A DNA stretch of 64,000 nucleotides from Betaproteobacteria bacterium (lineage in GTDB: Bacteria > Bacillota > UBA5301 > DYFA01), in assembly GCA_050260635.1 (NCBI GenBank), contig JBLNCL010000030.1, forward strand, positions 72,590 to 136,589, in the 5' to 3' direction. Shown here piece after piece: positions 28,260-37,970 of this stretch. Each line of letters begins with the position of its first letter. Position 1 is the stretch's first letter. The notes beneath the pieces are model-generated. The model saw nothing but the letters and a program-made list of their open reading frames with translations, was not told the origin of the DNA and made no database searches. The translations under genes were made by a program, and so were the position numbers.

Positions 28260-29252
28260 CTAGTGATTCTCCAGCTCAAGCGGGTGAGAAACTAGCTCAG
28301 GTTGTCGTGGTTTCAGCTTTCTTACCCGACTATGATTCGGCAGGATAGTGCTGAGGGGCGACACTTGGTCATGCTGCTGGCGAAGATCGCCCTGAGTCAT
28401 AGCGACATAACGCTTGGTCATGGATAAGTCTGAATGACCCATGATGCGCTGAAGGGCTAGCGCGTTGCCGCCGTTCCGAAGGTATTGAAGGGCAAAAGCG
28501 TGGCGCAAATCATAAGGGCGTATCTTCACGCCAAGCCGTTTACTGTAAAGTTCCATCCTGTCGTTCCAGGAGTCCTTGTCCATTGGAGTGCCCTCAGCCG
28601 TACAGATAACCGGAACATGGTCATTCCACTTAGGATGACGAGCCTTGATAAGGTCCTGAATGACGGAGACAGTGACGGCAGAGAGGGGAAGGGTCCGTGC
28701 CACACCAGTCTTTGCCACTTCGGGTCGAATATGAACCTCTAGTGCTGCAAAGTCGAAGTCACCCTTCAGTAGTGAGCACGCCTCTTTAGGGCGTATCCCC
28801 GTATCAAGGGTAAGGATGAGCATAGCGTAGTCACGCAGCCCAGCGAAAGTCTTGCGGTCGGGCATTGCCAAAAGAGTCCGCAGAAGTTCAGGTTCCAGAC
28901 TTACTACTCGTCCAGGGTCTTTGCGAGTCTTAAGGTCAACCAGAGGGTTGCTTGTGTAAACGCCTTCGGCAATGCACCAATCGAAGAACTGTTTCAGGTA
29001 GGCTCGTCTCATGTTATAGGTCGCTGGTCTGATGGGTTCCCCCATGTAGGCAAAGACGGCGGGGCTGGGATCAGTCGCCCGGTAAGCCCCGGGGTAGCGA
29101 CGGAAGAAGATGCTGATGGCGTCCCTCTGGCCGCGAAGGGTTGTCGGCCTGAGGCCTTGAGCCTTCTTGTAAAGGAGATACTTTTCGACCGCTTCCTGCC
29201 ACGTGGCTGGGATGGACTGCTGTCTCTGCGCCTTCCTCACCCTGACTGACAC
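28260..29252 (-). CDS. int: Tyrosine-type site-specific integrase (phage integrase family); GTG start
   Basis: C-terminal catalytic domain with R...HxxR...Y (YDLRHAFALQYL...HSDLSMTKRYV). N-terminal SAM-like core-binding domain. Adjacent to the distal att repeat. Confidence 0.85.
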   Translation of the reverse strand: MSVRVRKAQRQQSIPATWQEAVEKYLLYKKAQGLRPTTLRGQRDAISIFFRRYPGAYRATDPSPAVFAYMGEPIRPATYNMRRAYLKQFFDWCIAEGVYTSNPLVDLKTRKDPGRVVSLEPELLRTLLAMPDRKTFAGLRDYAMLILTLDTGIRPKEACSLLKGDFDFAALEVHIRPEVAKTGVARTLPLSAVTVSVIQDLIKARHPKWNDHVPVICTAEGTPMDKDSWNDRMELYSKRLGVKIRPYDLRHAFALQYLRNGGNALALQRIMGHSDLSMTKRYVAMTQGDLRQQHDQVSPLSTILPNHSRVRKLKPRQPELVSHPLELENH

Positions 29253-29258
29253 AACACA

Positions 29259-29305
29259 AAGCCTCCTTAGTCTCTTAAGAGAAGCTAAGGAGGCTAATCG
29301 AGCGT
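29259..29305. promoter_or_regulatory. Long perfect palindrome overlapping the integrase Shine-Dalgarno (AGCCTCCTTAG-TCTCTTAAGAGA-AG-CTAAGGAGGCT)
   Basis: 11-bp outer stem and 6-bp inner palindrome directly upstream of the int GTG. The outer arm contains the GGAGG RBS. Confidence 0.5.
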
Positions 29306-29442
29306 GTCCCGTGAGGTCGAATTTGGGCCAGTCAACTCCACTCTACATGGCACGTTGTCGAATGGGGTTTGGCTCTTCCCGTCCCTCATCGAAACCTCCG
29401 AAGTTGGCTCTGGAACCCGTTTGCGCCGTTCCCTTCACACGT

Positions 29443-29498
29443 GGGGTTACCCCACTCGATTTTGAGTCGAGCGCGTCTGCCAGTTCCACCACTTCGGC
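29443..29498. repeat. Direct repeat copy 2 (56 nt; orphan 5' fragment of tRNA-Leu), attR-type junction
   Basis: Identical to 14547-14602; lacks the tRNA 3' portion. Confidence 0.85.
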
Positions 29499-29527
29499 AC
29501 AAAGGGCAAGACTTGTTGTCAAGTGCT

Positions 29528-29556
29528 ATTCTAGCACACTCGCCCCAGCCTGCCAA
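29528..29556 (-). promoter_or_regulatory. Putative ancestral tRNA-Leu promoter (TTGGCA-17-TAGAAT), now orphaned upstream of the tRNA fragment
   Basis: Minus-strand TTGGCAggctggggcgagtgtgcTAGAAT. The -10 lies 29 nt upstream of the first nucleotide of the tRNA 5' fragment. Confidence 0.4.
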
Positions 29557-29572
29557 CCCCTACCCTTCAGGC

Positions 29573-30604
29573 CTAGGTTCCACCATTCTCGAAGTTCTTC
29601 CGAATGGTCCGCAGGCGTTCCCGGATCGGGAGGTCGTAAGGGCAGCGCTGTTCGCAAAGACCGCACTCTCGACACTCACCGGGTTTATGGTCAAGCTGGG
29701 CATAACGCTGGGCGGCCCACTCCGGCATTTGGTAGCGGCTGCGGTAGCCTTCGAGGATGAACACCATGGGAATGTCGATTCCGGCGGGGCAAGGCTGGCA
29801 GTAGTCGCACCGATGGCAAAACTCCTTCCCCAGACTCTCGGCGGTGCGCGCCAAAGCCTCCTCTTCTTCTGGCCCCAAAGACCGTAGGGGGTCGACCGCT
29901 GAGAGATTGTCCCATACCTGCTCGGGTGAGTCCGCCCCTGGGATAATCACGCTGACCGCCGGCTGATTGGCCAAGAACCGCAAGGCCGGCCCAGCCACCT
30001 CCGCCAAAGCTCCGCCCGCCAACGGCTTCATGGCAATTACGCCGACGTCTGCCCGTTCCGCTGCTGCGAGCAGGTCCGTCACCCCACCGTGGTCGAGGTA
30101 AGAGTAGGGCACCTGGATGGTGTCGAAGATATCCAGTTCCAACGCTTTGAGCAACAGGTCCGGACGATGACTGGTGATCCCGAGGAAACGAACCGCGCCC
30201 TCTTGCTTGGCCCGCAACAGCGCTTCCAGGGCCCCGCCCGGGCCGATCAGTTGCTCGTACCAAGCTGGCTTGACGTTATGCAACTGATACAGGTCGATAT
30301 AGTCCGTTCCCAGTTGACGCAGACTCTCCGCCAGGTCCGCCCGGGCCGCTTCAGCCGTCCTGGCGAGGGTCTTGGTGGCCAAGACCACGCCTTCGCGAAC
30401 CGGCCGGAGTGCGGCCCCGAACTTGGCCTCGCTATCCGTGTAGTTCCGGGCCGTATCGAAGAAGGTCACGCCTGCCTCGAGCGCTGCGGCCACCACCCGT
30501 TCCGCTTCGGCCGGGGAAACCCGTTGAATCGGAATGCCGCCCAGGCCAAGCAACGAAACCGTCAAGCCAGTCCGTCCCAAACGCCGTCGGTTCACGGTAA
30601 CCAC
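29573..30604 (-). CDS. Aldo/keto reductase with C-terminal 4Fe-4S ferredoxin-type domain
   Basis: AKR N-terminus (GLGGIPIQR..., catalytic DTARNY). C-terminal Cys clusters CHRCDYCQPCP and CRECGLCEQRCP. Confidence 0.8.
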   Translation of the reverse strand: MVTVNRRRLGRTGLTVSLLGLGGIPIQRVSPAEAERVVAAALEAGVTFFDTARNYTDSEAKFGAALRPVREGVVLATKTLARTAEAARADLAESLRQLGTDYIDLYQLHNVKPAWYEQLIGPGGALEALLRAKQEGAVRFLGITSHRPDLLLKALELDIFDTIQVPYSYLDHGGVTDLLAAAERADVGVIAMKPLAGGALAEVAGPALRFLANQPAVSVIIPGADSPEQVWDNLSAVDPLRSLGPEEEEALARTAESLGKEFCHRCDYCQPCPAGIDIPMVFILEGYRSRYQMPEWAAQRYAQLDHKPGECRECGLCEQRCPYDLPIRERLRTIRKNFENGGT

Positions 30605-31950
30605 CCCTCTGACCTGAGCTCCCCCAGGGCCCGGAAGAAGGCCTCGGCAGTGAAGGCCAGGTCTTCCTCAGTGTGGGCAGTCGAGAGAAGGCCACCGCTG
30701 GAGAAGAGGTGAACTCCCTCGACCAGCATCGCCCGGTGGAGCGGCATCAGGTACTTGGCGGACGGAGCTTGAGCCAGGCGAGCCGGCGTCAGGCCACAGG
30801 TGGGGTCGTCTCCCCCGCGCTCCGGGCAGTCGAGCCCCAGGACAAGATGGAACATGGAGCCCTCCCCATAGAAACAGCCCGCCAGGCCAAGCGCATCGAG
30901 AACCCCGTTGAAGAGGCGAATGGCCCGGCGCCCCAGCTCATTCACCCGGCCAGTCGGCTGGCCGGTCGCTACCCGCTTAAGGCAGGCCACCCCGGCCGCA
31001 GCGGAGAGCGGGTTGGCGTTGAAGGTCCCCGGATGGGAGATCTTCCGAAACCGGTCCCACTGTGGATCGTCGTGGTAGGCGAGCAGTTCCATGATCTCTG
31101 CCCGCCCGGCAACGCAGCCACCGGGCAATCCGCCTGCCAGGACCTTGGCGAAGGCCATGAGGTCGGCCCGGAAACCGTAGTACTCCTGTGCCCCGCCGGG
31201 CGCCAAGCGGAAACCGGTGACGACCTCGTCGGCGATGAGTAATACCCCGTGGCGGTCGCAGAGCTTCCTGAGTTCTCCGTGGAAGCCGCGGGGCAGAGGT
31301 TGGGTTCCCCAAGAGGCCCCATTCGGCTCGAAAATCACGCCGGCCAAGTCGGTATCCTCCCGCATGATCCGCTCCACCACCGACAGATCAGCGGGCGCCA
31401 GCCGGACGGTGCCAAGCGTTTCCGCGGGAATCCCCGTGGCCACCGGAACGTCGTAGGGCGGAGCGACGCCGACCGTGGCATAGTCGTGCCAGCCATGGAA
31501 GTGCCCCTCAAACTTGAGGATGCGTCTCCTGCCGGTAAAGGCCCGGGCCAGCCGCATGGCCATGAGCGTGGCCTCGGTCCCCGAGGAGGTGAAGCGGACC
31601 CGTTCGGCGCCGGGAAAGAGGCGCTGGACCAGGCGCCCCCACTCGACCTCAGCTGGGTGGGAGGCGGCATAATGGGTCCCTTTCTCCACCTGTTCCTGGA
31701 CGGCCTTGACGGTCTCTGGGTCGGCGTGGCCAAAGAGGAGCGCCCCGTGGCCCATCCCGTAGTCGAGGAGCTGGTGCCCCTCGATGGTCCACTTGTGGGC
31801 TCCCCTGGCCTCCACCACATACGGCGGAAATGGCGGGAGGTACCGCCCGTCGTGGGTGACTCCGTTCGGGAAGACCCCCCGCCCTTCCTCATACAACCTC
31901 GCCGAGACCGCGAACTTCTCCCGGTACCGCTCGTCTACGCTCCGCTCCAC
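30592..31950 (-). CDS. Class-III (PLP-dependent) aminotransferase, glutamate-1-semialdehyde aminomutase-like
   Basis: SGTEATLMAMRLARAFTGR...IADEVVTGFR...AFAKVLAGGLP (PLP-Lys region); 452 aa. Confidence 0.75.
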   Translation of the reverse strand: MERSVDERYREKFAVSARLYEEGRGVFPNGVTHDGRYLPPFPPYVVEARGAHKWTIEGHQLLDYGMGHGALLFGHADPETVKAVQEQVEKGTHYAASHPAEVEWGRLVQRLFPGAERVRFTSSGTEATLMAMRLARAFTGRRRILKFEGHFHGWHDYATVGVAPPYDVPVATGIPAETLGTVRLAPADLSVVERIMREDTDLAGVIFEPNGASWGTQPLPRGFHGELRKLCDRHGVLLIADEVVTGFRLAPGGAQEYYGFRADLMAFAKVLAGGLPGGCVAGRAEIMELLAYHDDPQWDRFRKISHPGTFNANPLSAAAGVACLKRVATGQPTGRVNELGRRAIRLFNGVLDALGLAGCFYGEGSMFHLVLGLDCPERGGDDPTCGLTPARLAQAPSAKYLMPLHRAMLVEGVHLFSSGGLLSTAHTEEDLAFTAEAFFRALGELRSEGWLP

Positions 31951-31997
31951 TCCGTTCTCCTCCCCAAACCTTTCTGCCCTGGTCTCCGACTCAGCTT

Positions 31998-33113
31998 CTA
32001 GAGCAGTTCGTTCCAGGGCACGTACTCCAGGTTATGCGCCTCAGCGACCGCCCTGTAGACAACCTTGCCCTTCAGCACGTTAAGCCCCTTAGCCAAGGCC
32101 GGGTTCTGCAGCACCGCCGCCCGGTAGCCTTTGTTAGCGATCTCCAAGGCATAGGGAATGGTAGCGTTGGTAAGGGCGTAGGTCGAAGTCCGAGCCACCG
32201 CGCCGGGGATGTTCGCCACCGCGTAATGGATTACCCCATGCTTGACGTAGACTGGATCGGCGTGGGTCGTGGCGCGGTCGATCGTCTCGATGCAGCCGCC
32301 CTGGTCAATGGCAACGTCCACAACGACGGAACCCGGCTTCATCGTCTTGACCATCTCCTCGGTTACGAGGCGCGGCGCCTTGGCACCCGGGATCAGGACC
32401 CCACCCACCAGAAGGTCGGCGTACTTGACCGCCCGTTCGACGTTGTAGGCGTTGGACATCACCGTGATGACGTTGCCGTGCAGGATCTCGTCGAGATAGC
32501 GGAGGCGGTTGAGGCTACGGTCGAGGATGGTCACGTGCGCCCCCATCCCGATCGCCACTTTGGCGGCGTTGTACCCGACGGTGCCGCCGCCGAGGATGAC
32601 GACCTCCGCCGGCGGAACCCCCGGAACACCGCCGAGCAGAACCCCCCGCCCACCGTGGGGCTTCTCCAAGAACTGAGCCCCGATTTGAATCGACATCCGG
32701 CCGGCGACCTCGCTCATCGGGGTGAGCAGCGGCAGCGCCCCGTTGTCGAGCTGTACGGTTTCGTAGGCAATGGCGACCACTCTCTTGCGCATGAGTGCCT
32801 CGGTCTGGGGCAGGTCGGGAGCGAGATGGAGATAGGTGAAGAGGATCTGCTCCTCCTTGAAGAGGTCGTATTCTGGCGGAAGAGGCTCTTTGACCTTCAT
32901 GATCATGTCCGCGGCCTCAAAGACATCGGCCGCCGTTGGCAGGACCCTGGCGCCGGAGGCGGCAAAGTCCTGGTCGGTGATCCCGCTGCCCACTCCGGCC
33001 CCCGCCTCCACCACCACCGTATGACCCGATTTCACCAGCTCATCGACACCGGCCGGAGTAATCGCCACCCGGTTCTCGTTGGCCTTGATCTCCTTGGGCA
33101 CTCCGATAATCAT
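31998..33113 (-). CDS. ald: Alanine dehydrogenase (start at MIIGVPKEI, ~371 aa)
   Basis: [23 protein letters not shown]...; NAD-binding [10 protein letters not shown]; C-terminal ...[25 protein letters not shown] before the ATG at ~33113. Confidence 0.9.
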   Translation of the reverse strand: MIIGVPKEIKANENRVAITPAGVDELVKSGHTVVVEAGAGVGSGITDQDFAASGARVLPTAADVFEAADMIMKVKEPLPPEYDLFKEEQILFTYLHLAPDLPQTEALMRKRVVAIAYETVQLDNGALPLLTPMSEVAGRMSIQIGAQFLEKPHGGRGVLLGGVPGVPPAEVVILGGGTVGYNAAKVAIGMGAHVTILDRSLNRLRYLDEILHGNVITVMSNAYNVERAVKYADLLVGGVLIPGAKAPRLVTEEMVKTMKPGSVVVDVAIDQGGCIETIDRATTHADPVYVKHGVIHYAVANIPGAVARTSTYALTNATIPYALEIANKGYRAAVLQNPALAKGLNVLKGKVVYRAVAEAHNLEYVPWNELL

Positions 33114-33142
33114 TCCTCTGCCCCTCCCCACAAGATTTGGAC

Positions 33143-34570
33143 TTACTCGACCACGTGCACCTTGAGCAGGTTGGTCGATCCGGGAACGCCGGGACGCAGC
33201 CCGGCGGTAATGGCCAACACGTCTCCGGACCCAGCCCAACCCAGTCGCTGGGCAGCCCCCACCACCTCCGCCAGCATCGCGTCGATATCCGGAGTCTGAG
33301 CCACCCGGACCGGCCGAACCCCCCAAACCAGCGTCAACTGGCGGGCCACCGCCGGATCGGGGGTCGCCGCCAAAATCGGCGCCTTTGGGCGGTACCTGGC
33401 CACCAGGCGCGCCGTCGCCCCCGACTGGGTGGAGGTGATAATTGCCGCCGCGCCGAGGTCCTGGGCCGTCTGGCAGGTGGCATGGCTGATCGCGTCAGAG
33501 ATCGAAGCCACCCTGGCCTGCCGCTGCTGAAGCAGATCGGCGTAGGGCAAGACCTCCTCCGTGCGCTGGGCGATTCTGGCCATCATCTTGACCGACTCGA
33601 CCGGGTACTGCCCACTGGCCGTCTCCCCGGACAGCATCACGGCGTCGGTCCCGTCCAGGATGGCGTTGGCCACATCCGTAACCTCCGCCCGGGTCGGCCG
33701 GGGGTTGCCGATCATCGAATTGAGCATCTGGGTCGCCGTGATCACCGGCTTCCCGGCAGCGTTGCACTTGCGGATGATCGTCTTCTGCGCCACCGGAACG
33801 TCCTCTGGCGGAATGCTCACCCCGAGGTCACCCCGGGCCACCATCACCGCGTCCGCTGCCTCGATGATGGCGTCGATGTTCGCCAGGGCCTCCGGGTTCT
33901 CCACTTTGGCGATGATCCCGGGCCTGCCGCCCAAAGCGGCCAGACGGCGCCGGACGTCCGCCACGTGCTCCGCCCGGCGAACGAAGGAGACGGCCACGTA
34001 GTCCGCCCCGTTCTCCACCGCCCAGGCCAGATCGGCCGCATCCTTGTCGGTGATCGCCGGCAGATCCACGCTCACCTCGGGAAGGCTGACCCCCTTCCGT
34101 GAGAAGAGCAGCCCGCCGTTGACCACTTCGCAGTGGACGTCGGGCCCGTCCACGGCCACGACCCGCAGTTCAAGTTGAGCATCGTCGAGGTAAACCTTCA
34201 TTCCCGGGCGAAGCTGCCGGGCCAGCGGCGGATAGACGACCGGAATGCACTCGGCCGTCCCGGCGACCGGTTCGGCCGTCAAAACAACCATCTCTCCAGC
34301 ACTCAGCGTGACTGGCTCTTCCTTCATGAGGCCGGTGCGGATCTTCGGTCCCTGAATATCCACAATCACGCCCATCGGCCGGTTCGCCTGCGCCTCCCAC
34401 TGGCGCACGGCCGTCAGGCGGCGGAGGTGGTCGTCGTAGGTCCCGTGGGAGAAATTGAGGCGGACCAGGTCCAACCCGGACTCGAGCAACGAGGTGAGTA
34501 CGCCCGGCCCGTCGGTCGCTGGCCCCAAGGTACCGACGATCTTGGTCCGTCGATGTGCGGAGAGAGTCAT
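33143..34570 (-). CDS. pyk: Pyruvate kinase (~475 aa; start at [18 protein letters not shown])
   Basis: [23 protein letters not shown] signatures; downstream of pfkA as in Bacillus. Confidence 0.9.
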   Translation of the reverse strand: MTLSAHRRTKIVGTLGPATDGPGVLTSLLESGLDLVRLNFSHGTYDDHLRRLTAVRQWEAQANRPMGVIVDIQGPKIRTGLMKEEPVTLSAGEMVVLTAEPVAGTAECIPVVYPPLARQLRPGMKVYLDDAQLELRVVAVDGPDVHCEVVNGGLLFSRKGVSLPEVSVDLPAITDKDAADLAWAVENGADYVAVSFVRRAEHVADVRRRLAALGGRPGIIAKVENPEALANIDAIIEAADAVMVARGDLGVSIPPEDVPVAQKTIIRKCNAAGKPVITATQMLNSMIGNPRPTRAEVTDVANAILDGTDAVMLSGETASGQYPVESVKMMARIAQRTEEVLPYADLLQQRQARVASISDAISHATCQTAQDLGAAAIITSTQSGATARLVARYRPKAPILAATPDPAVARQLTLVWGVRPVRVAQTPDIDAMLAEVVGAAQRLGWAGSGDVLAITAGLRPGVPGSTNLLKVHVVE

Positions 34571-34604
34571 GTTCCTTCCCCCTTCGCCCTTCGCCACCTG
34601 GGCG

Positions 34605-35603
34605 CTACGCCAGCGAGAGGATGTTGGCCAACTGGTACAGACTCCGGTCAAACGCTTTATGGGAGGCGAAGACCTCTTCGAAGGGCACGTCTACGACCCG
34701 ATTGCCCTGGAACCCGGTCATCATGTTGCACGCCCCGGAAGCCAAAAGCTGCACCGCCCGAGCCCCCATGAGGCTCGCCAGCATCCGGTCAAGGACCGTC
34801 GGTGCGCCTCCCCTCTGGATGTGCCCGAGGACCGTGATCCGGGTGTCGAAGCCGGTCTTCTGCTCGATGTAGCGTCCTACCCGGAACCCCGCCGATACCT
34901 CGAAGTTTCTCCCCGGCCTCGGATCGCCTCCAAATCCTTCGGCCACCACGATAATCGAATGGGCCTTTCCCTTCTTGTACCCGACCTCAATCCTCCGGCA
35001 CAGCTCGTCAAGATCCACGGGCACTTCCGGAACCAGAATGGACTCGGCTCCGCCGGCCACTCCGGCGTGAAGGGCGATGTGGCCGGTGTTCCGCCCCATC
35101 ACCTCGACTACGTACACCCGTTCATGGGAGGTTGCGGTATCCCGGATCTTGTTGATGGCGTCGACCACCGTGTTGACTGCCGTGTCGAAGCCCAAGGAGT
35201 AGTCGGTGCACGGAATGTCGTTGTCGATCGTCCCCGGAATGCCGATCACCCCGACACCGTGTTCCGCCAGGATCTTCGCCCCGCGGAAGGAGCCATCTCC
35301 GCCGATGACGATCAGTCCTTCCAGTCCCCGTTGCCGGATCAGCTCCAGCGCCCGCTGCTGGCCCGCCTCCGTCTTGAACTCCTCCGAGCGGGCGGTCCGC
35401 AGAATCGTCCCCCCTCGCTGGATGATATCGGCCACCGAACGGGAGTTGAGCTCTACCAAGTCGTCCTTGATCAGGCCGGTGAAACCGTGACGCACTCCGT
35501 ATACCTGCAGGCCGCTGTAGAGCGAGGTCCGCACGATCGAGCGGATAGCGGCGTTCATTCCCGGAGCGTCGCCCCCCGAGGTGAGCACTCCAATCCTTTT
35601 CAT
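34605..35603 (-). CDS. pfkA: ATP-dependent 6-phosphofructokinase
   Basis: MKRIGVLTSGGDAPGMNAAIR...GGDGS...MGR motifs; 332 aa. Confidence 0.92.
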   Translation of the reverse strand: MKRIGVLTSGGDAPGMNAAIRSIVRTSLYSGLQVYGVRHGFTGLIKDDLVELNSRSVADIIQRGGTILRTARSEEFKTEAGQQRALELIRQRGLEGLIVIGGDGSFRGAKILAEHGVGVIGIPGTIDNDIPCTDYSLGFDTAVNTVVDAINKIRDTATSHERVYVVEVMGRNTGHIALHAGVAGGAESILVPEVPVDLDELCRRIEVGYKKGKAHSIIVVAEGFGGDPRPGRNFEVSAGFRVGRYIEQKTGFDTRITVLGHIQRGGAPTVLDRMLASLMGARAVQLLASGACNMMTGFQGNRVVDVPFEEVFASHKAFDRSLYQLANILSLA

Positions 35604-35623
35604 GCCAGTCCATCTCTCCTGCC

Positions 35624-36592
35624 TTATGCGCCGTCAGGCCTGACCACGTGGCCAAGCCTGCGGTAGTGGGCGTATCGCTGCGCCTTGAGTTGGTCCGAAG
35701 AAAGCTGTTCTAGCTCGGCCAGCGAGCGGACCAGAACCTCCTTCACCCGGCGGGCCGCCTCATCGTAGTCCCGATGGGCCCCGCCAATCGGCTCGGGAAT
35801 GATTCCGTGGATCACCCCCAGTCGCAAGAGATCGGAAGCCGTCAGCTTCAAGGCCTCTGCCGCCTGGGACTTCAGTTCTGCATCATGCCAGAGGATAGCC
35901 GCGCACCCCTCGGGTGAAATGACCGAGTACACCGCGTTTTCCAGCATGTAAACCCGGTCCCCCACCCCAATCGCCAGCGCCCCGCCGCTGCCCCCCTCGC
36001 CGATGACCACGCAGACGATAGGGACTTCGAGTCGGGCCATCTCGAACAGGTTGCGGGCAATCGCCTCGGCCTGGCCCCGCTCCTCCGCTTCAAGCCCGGG
36101 AAAGGCCCCGGCCGTGTCGACGAAGGTCACCACCGGGCGCCTGAACTTCTCCGCCTGCTTCATCAGGCGCAGGGCCTTCCGGTACCCCTCCGGGTACGGC
36201 CACCCGAAGGAACGGGCGATGTTCTCTTTCGTGTCCTTCCCCTTCTGCTCCCCGATCACCGTCACCGGCCGCCCGTCAAGCAGGGCGAGACCGCCGACGA
36301 TCGCCTTGTCGTCGCGATAGCCCCGGTCGCCGTGGAGCTCGAGGAAATCATCGAAGATGCGGTCGATATAGTCCAAGGACAATGGGCGCCGGGGATGGCG
36401 GGCAAGCAGCACCCGCTGCCAAGCGGTGAGGTTGGCGTAAATCTGCTCCCGCAGCGACTCTGCCTTCTGCTCGAGCGAGCGGATCTCGGCGGAGAAATCG
36501 ATGTCCTTCTCATTGGTGAACTGGCGCAGCTCGGCGATCCGTTTCTCCAGTTCGTAGAGTGGCTTTTCAAAATCAAGTGAGCCGTTGGTCAC
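35624..36592 (-). CDS. accA: Acetyl-CoA carboxylase carboxyltransferase alpha subunit (GTG start overlapping accD stop as GTGA)
   Basis: [17 protein letters not shown]...[11 protein letters not shown]...[10 protein letters not shown] typical AccA; ~322 aa from the GTG at ~36592. Confidence 0.9.
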   Translation of the reverse strand: MTNGSLDFEKPLYELEKRIAELRQFTNEKDIDFSAEIRSLEQKAESLREQIYANLTAWQRVLLARHPRRPLSLDYIDRIFDDFLELHGDRGYRDDKAIVGGLALLDGRPVTVIGEQKGKDTKENIARSFGWPYPEGYRKALRLMKQAEKFRRPVVTFVDTAGAFPGLEAEERGQAEAIARNLFEMARLEVPIVCVVIGEGGSGGALAIGVGDRVYMLENAVYSVISPEGCAAILWHDAELKSQAAEALKLTASDLLRLGVIHGIIPEPIGGAHRDYDEAARRVKEVLVRSLAELEQLSSDQLKAQRYAHYRRLGHVVRPDGA

Positions 36593-37467
36593 TCGGACAC
36601 CTCCCGGGCCACCCCGTGCAGCGTCAAGAGTTGTGACAGCGTCCGCTTCAGTTCCCGGCGGTCCACGATCAGATCTACGAATCCGTGCTCGAGCATGAAC
36701 TCGGAGCGATGCGCTCCGGGAGGCATCTTCTCCCGCACCGTCTGGGCGATGACCCTTGGCCCTGCGAAGGCGACAACCGCCCCCGGCTCGGCAATAATCA
36801 CATCCCCGAGAGAGGCGAAGCTGGCCATCACTCCGGCCGTACACGGATTGGCCAGCACAGCGAAATAGGGCACCCGCGCCTCAGCGAGCCGACCCAGCGC
36901 CGCCGCCGTCTTCGCCATCTGCATCAGCGAGAGGATGCCCTCCTGCATCCTAGCCCCGCCCGAGGTGGCGACGATGATCAGCGGACGCCGGAGTTCCGCC
37001 GCCCGTTCGATCGCCAGCGTCACCTTCTCGCCGACCACGCTCCCCATCGAGCCGCCGATAAAGCCGAAGTCCATGGCCGCCAGGAGGACGGGGTGGCCGT
37101 CCAGTCGCGCCTCCCCGGTGATGACACCCTCCCGCAACCCCGTCTTCTCCTGCGCCGCGGCGAGCTTCTCGGGGTAATTGGGAAAATCGATCGGGTTTCC
37201 ACTCGTCAACTCGGCCGCAAACTCGGCGAAGGACTCCGGATCAGCCAACTGCTCAATCCGCTCCCGGGCGGATACCTTGTAGTGGTAGCCGCAGTTGGGG
37301 CAAACCCGCATGTTCCGCTCGATTTCTTTCTTGTAGAGGAGGGATTCGCAGTTCTCGCACTTAAGCCAGAGCCCGTCGGGAATGTCCCGCGGCTTGTCAG
37401 CCGGCCGCGGCGGCTTTACCGTGACGTAGCGCGGCTTGGCGCGGAACAAATCTGAAAAGCTCGGCAC
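36589..37467 (-). CDS. accD: Acetyl-CoA carboxylase carboxyltransferase beta subunit
   Basis: N-terminal zinc ribbon [26 protein letters not shown]; carboxyltransferase domain. Confidence 0.9.
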   Translation of the reverse strand: MPSFSDLFRAKPRYVTVKPPRPADKPRDIPDGLWLKCENCESLLYKKEIERNMRVCPNCGYHYKVSARERIEQLADPESFAEFAAELTSGNPIDFPNYPEKLAAAQEKTGLREGVITGEARLDGHPVLLAAMDFGFIGGSMGSVVGEKVTLAIERAAELRRPLIIVATSGGARMQEGILSLMQMAKTAAALGRLAEARVPYFAVLANPCTAGVMASFASLGDVIIAEPGAVVAFAGPRVIAQTVREKMPPGAHRSEFMLEHGFVDLIVDRRELKRTLSQLLTLHGVAREVSE

Positions 37468-37504
37468 CAGGTCTTACCCCTCTTCCTCACACGCCCATGC
37501 CCAA

Positions 37505-37705
37505 CTAATGCTTACTGGGAGCGTTCAATACGGCAAGCGCCTCCTCCGCTTCGGCCTGCGGGACGAGCAATTCGTAGTAGATGCGCGCCCGGGGTCGGCC
37601 CTCCTCCGCGGCGCGGACCACGACCAGCAGCCCTTCCTTCTCAAGGCGGGCTTTGGTCGCCTCGGCTGCCTGGCGGGTTGGCGCAATGTGGACCACCGTC
37701 AACAT
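37505..37705 (-). CDS. Small hypothetical protein (~66 aa)
   Basis: ATG at ~37705 with GGGGAGGG RBS; sequence MLTVVHIAPTRQAAEATKARLEKEGLL...; no firm family. Confidence 0.3.
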   Translation of the reverse strand: MLTVVHIAPTRQAAEATKARLEKEGLLVVVRAAEEGRPRARIYYELLVPQAEAEEALAVLNAPSKH

Positions 37706-37970
37706 GGCAGGAGCCCTCCCCAAGACGCTTTGGGCCTTCGCCAGTAGTTTACACGGCGGCCAATACGAAGATTCCCTTCGACCTTCGCCGGCCGTTTCCC
37801 TGCTCCTTCCTAACCTGGCCAATTGTATACTCTGGTCTTCCCCAGCAGCAAAAGAGCGCCTGGTGGCGTTCCGTCATCAGTGCGCTCCGCATATGAAACA
37901 GAGGCCGCTCAAGGCTCACTGAGACGACCTCTTTCTGTCTGCAAACCGAAGTCTGCGTTGGGCGGCTGTA

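Larger units (their letters stand above)
14603..29448. mobile_element. Integrated genomic island (~14.8 kb) at tRNA-Leu(CAA), bounded by 56-nt direct repeats
   Basis: Flanking direct repeats of the tRNA 5' half. An integrase (28260-29252) abuts the distal repeat. There is a sharp drop in GC (about 45-55% versus ~68% in the flanks). Cargo includes IS256-family sequences, a second recombinase, a replication-like NTPase and a defence operon. Confidence 0.75.

Noticed and set aside
32034-33299. 421-aa plus-strand ORF opposite ald
   Set aside because: Antisense to a textbook alanine dehydrogenase; spurious.
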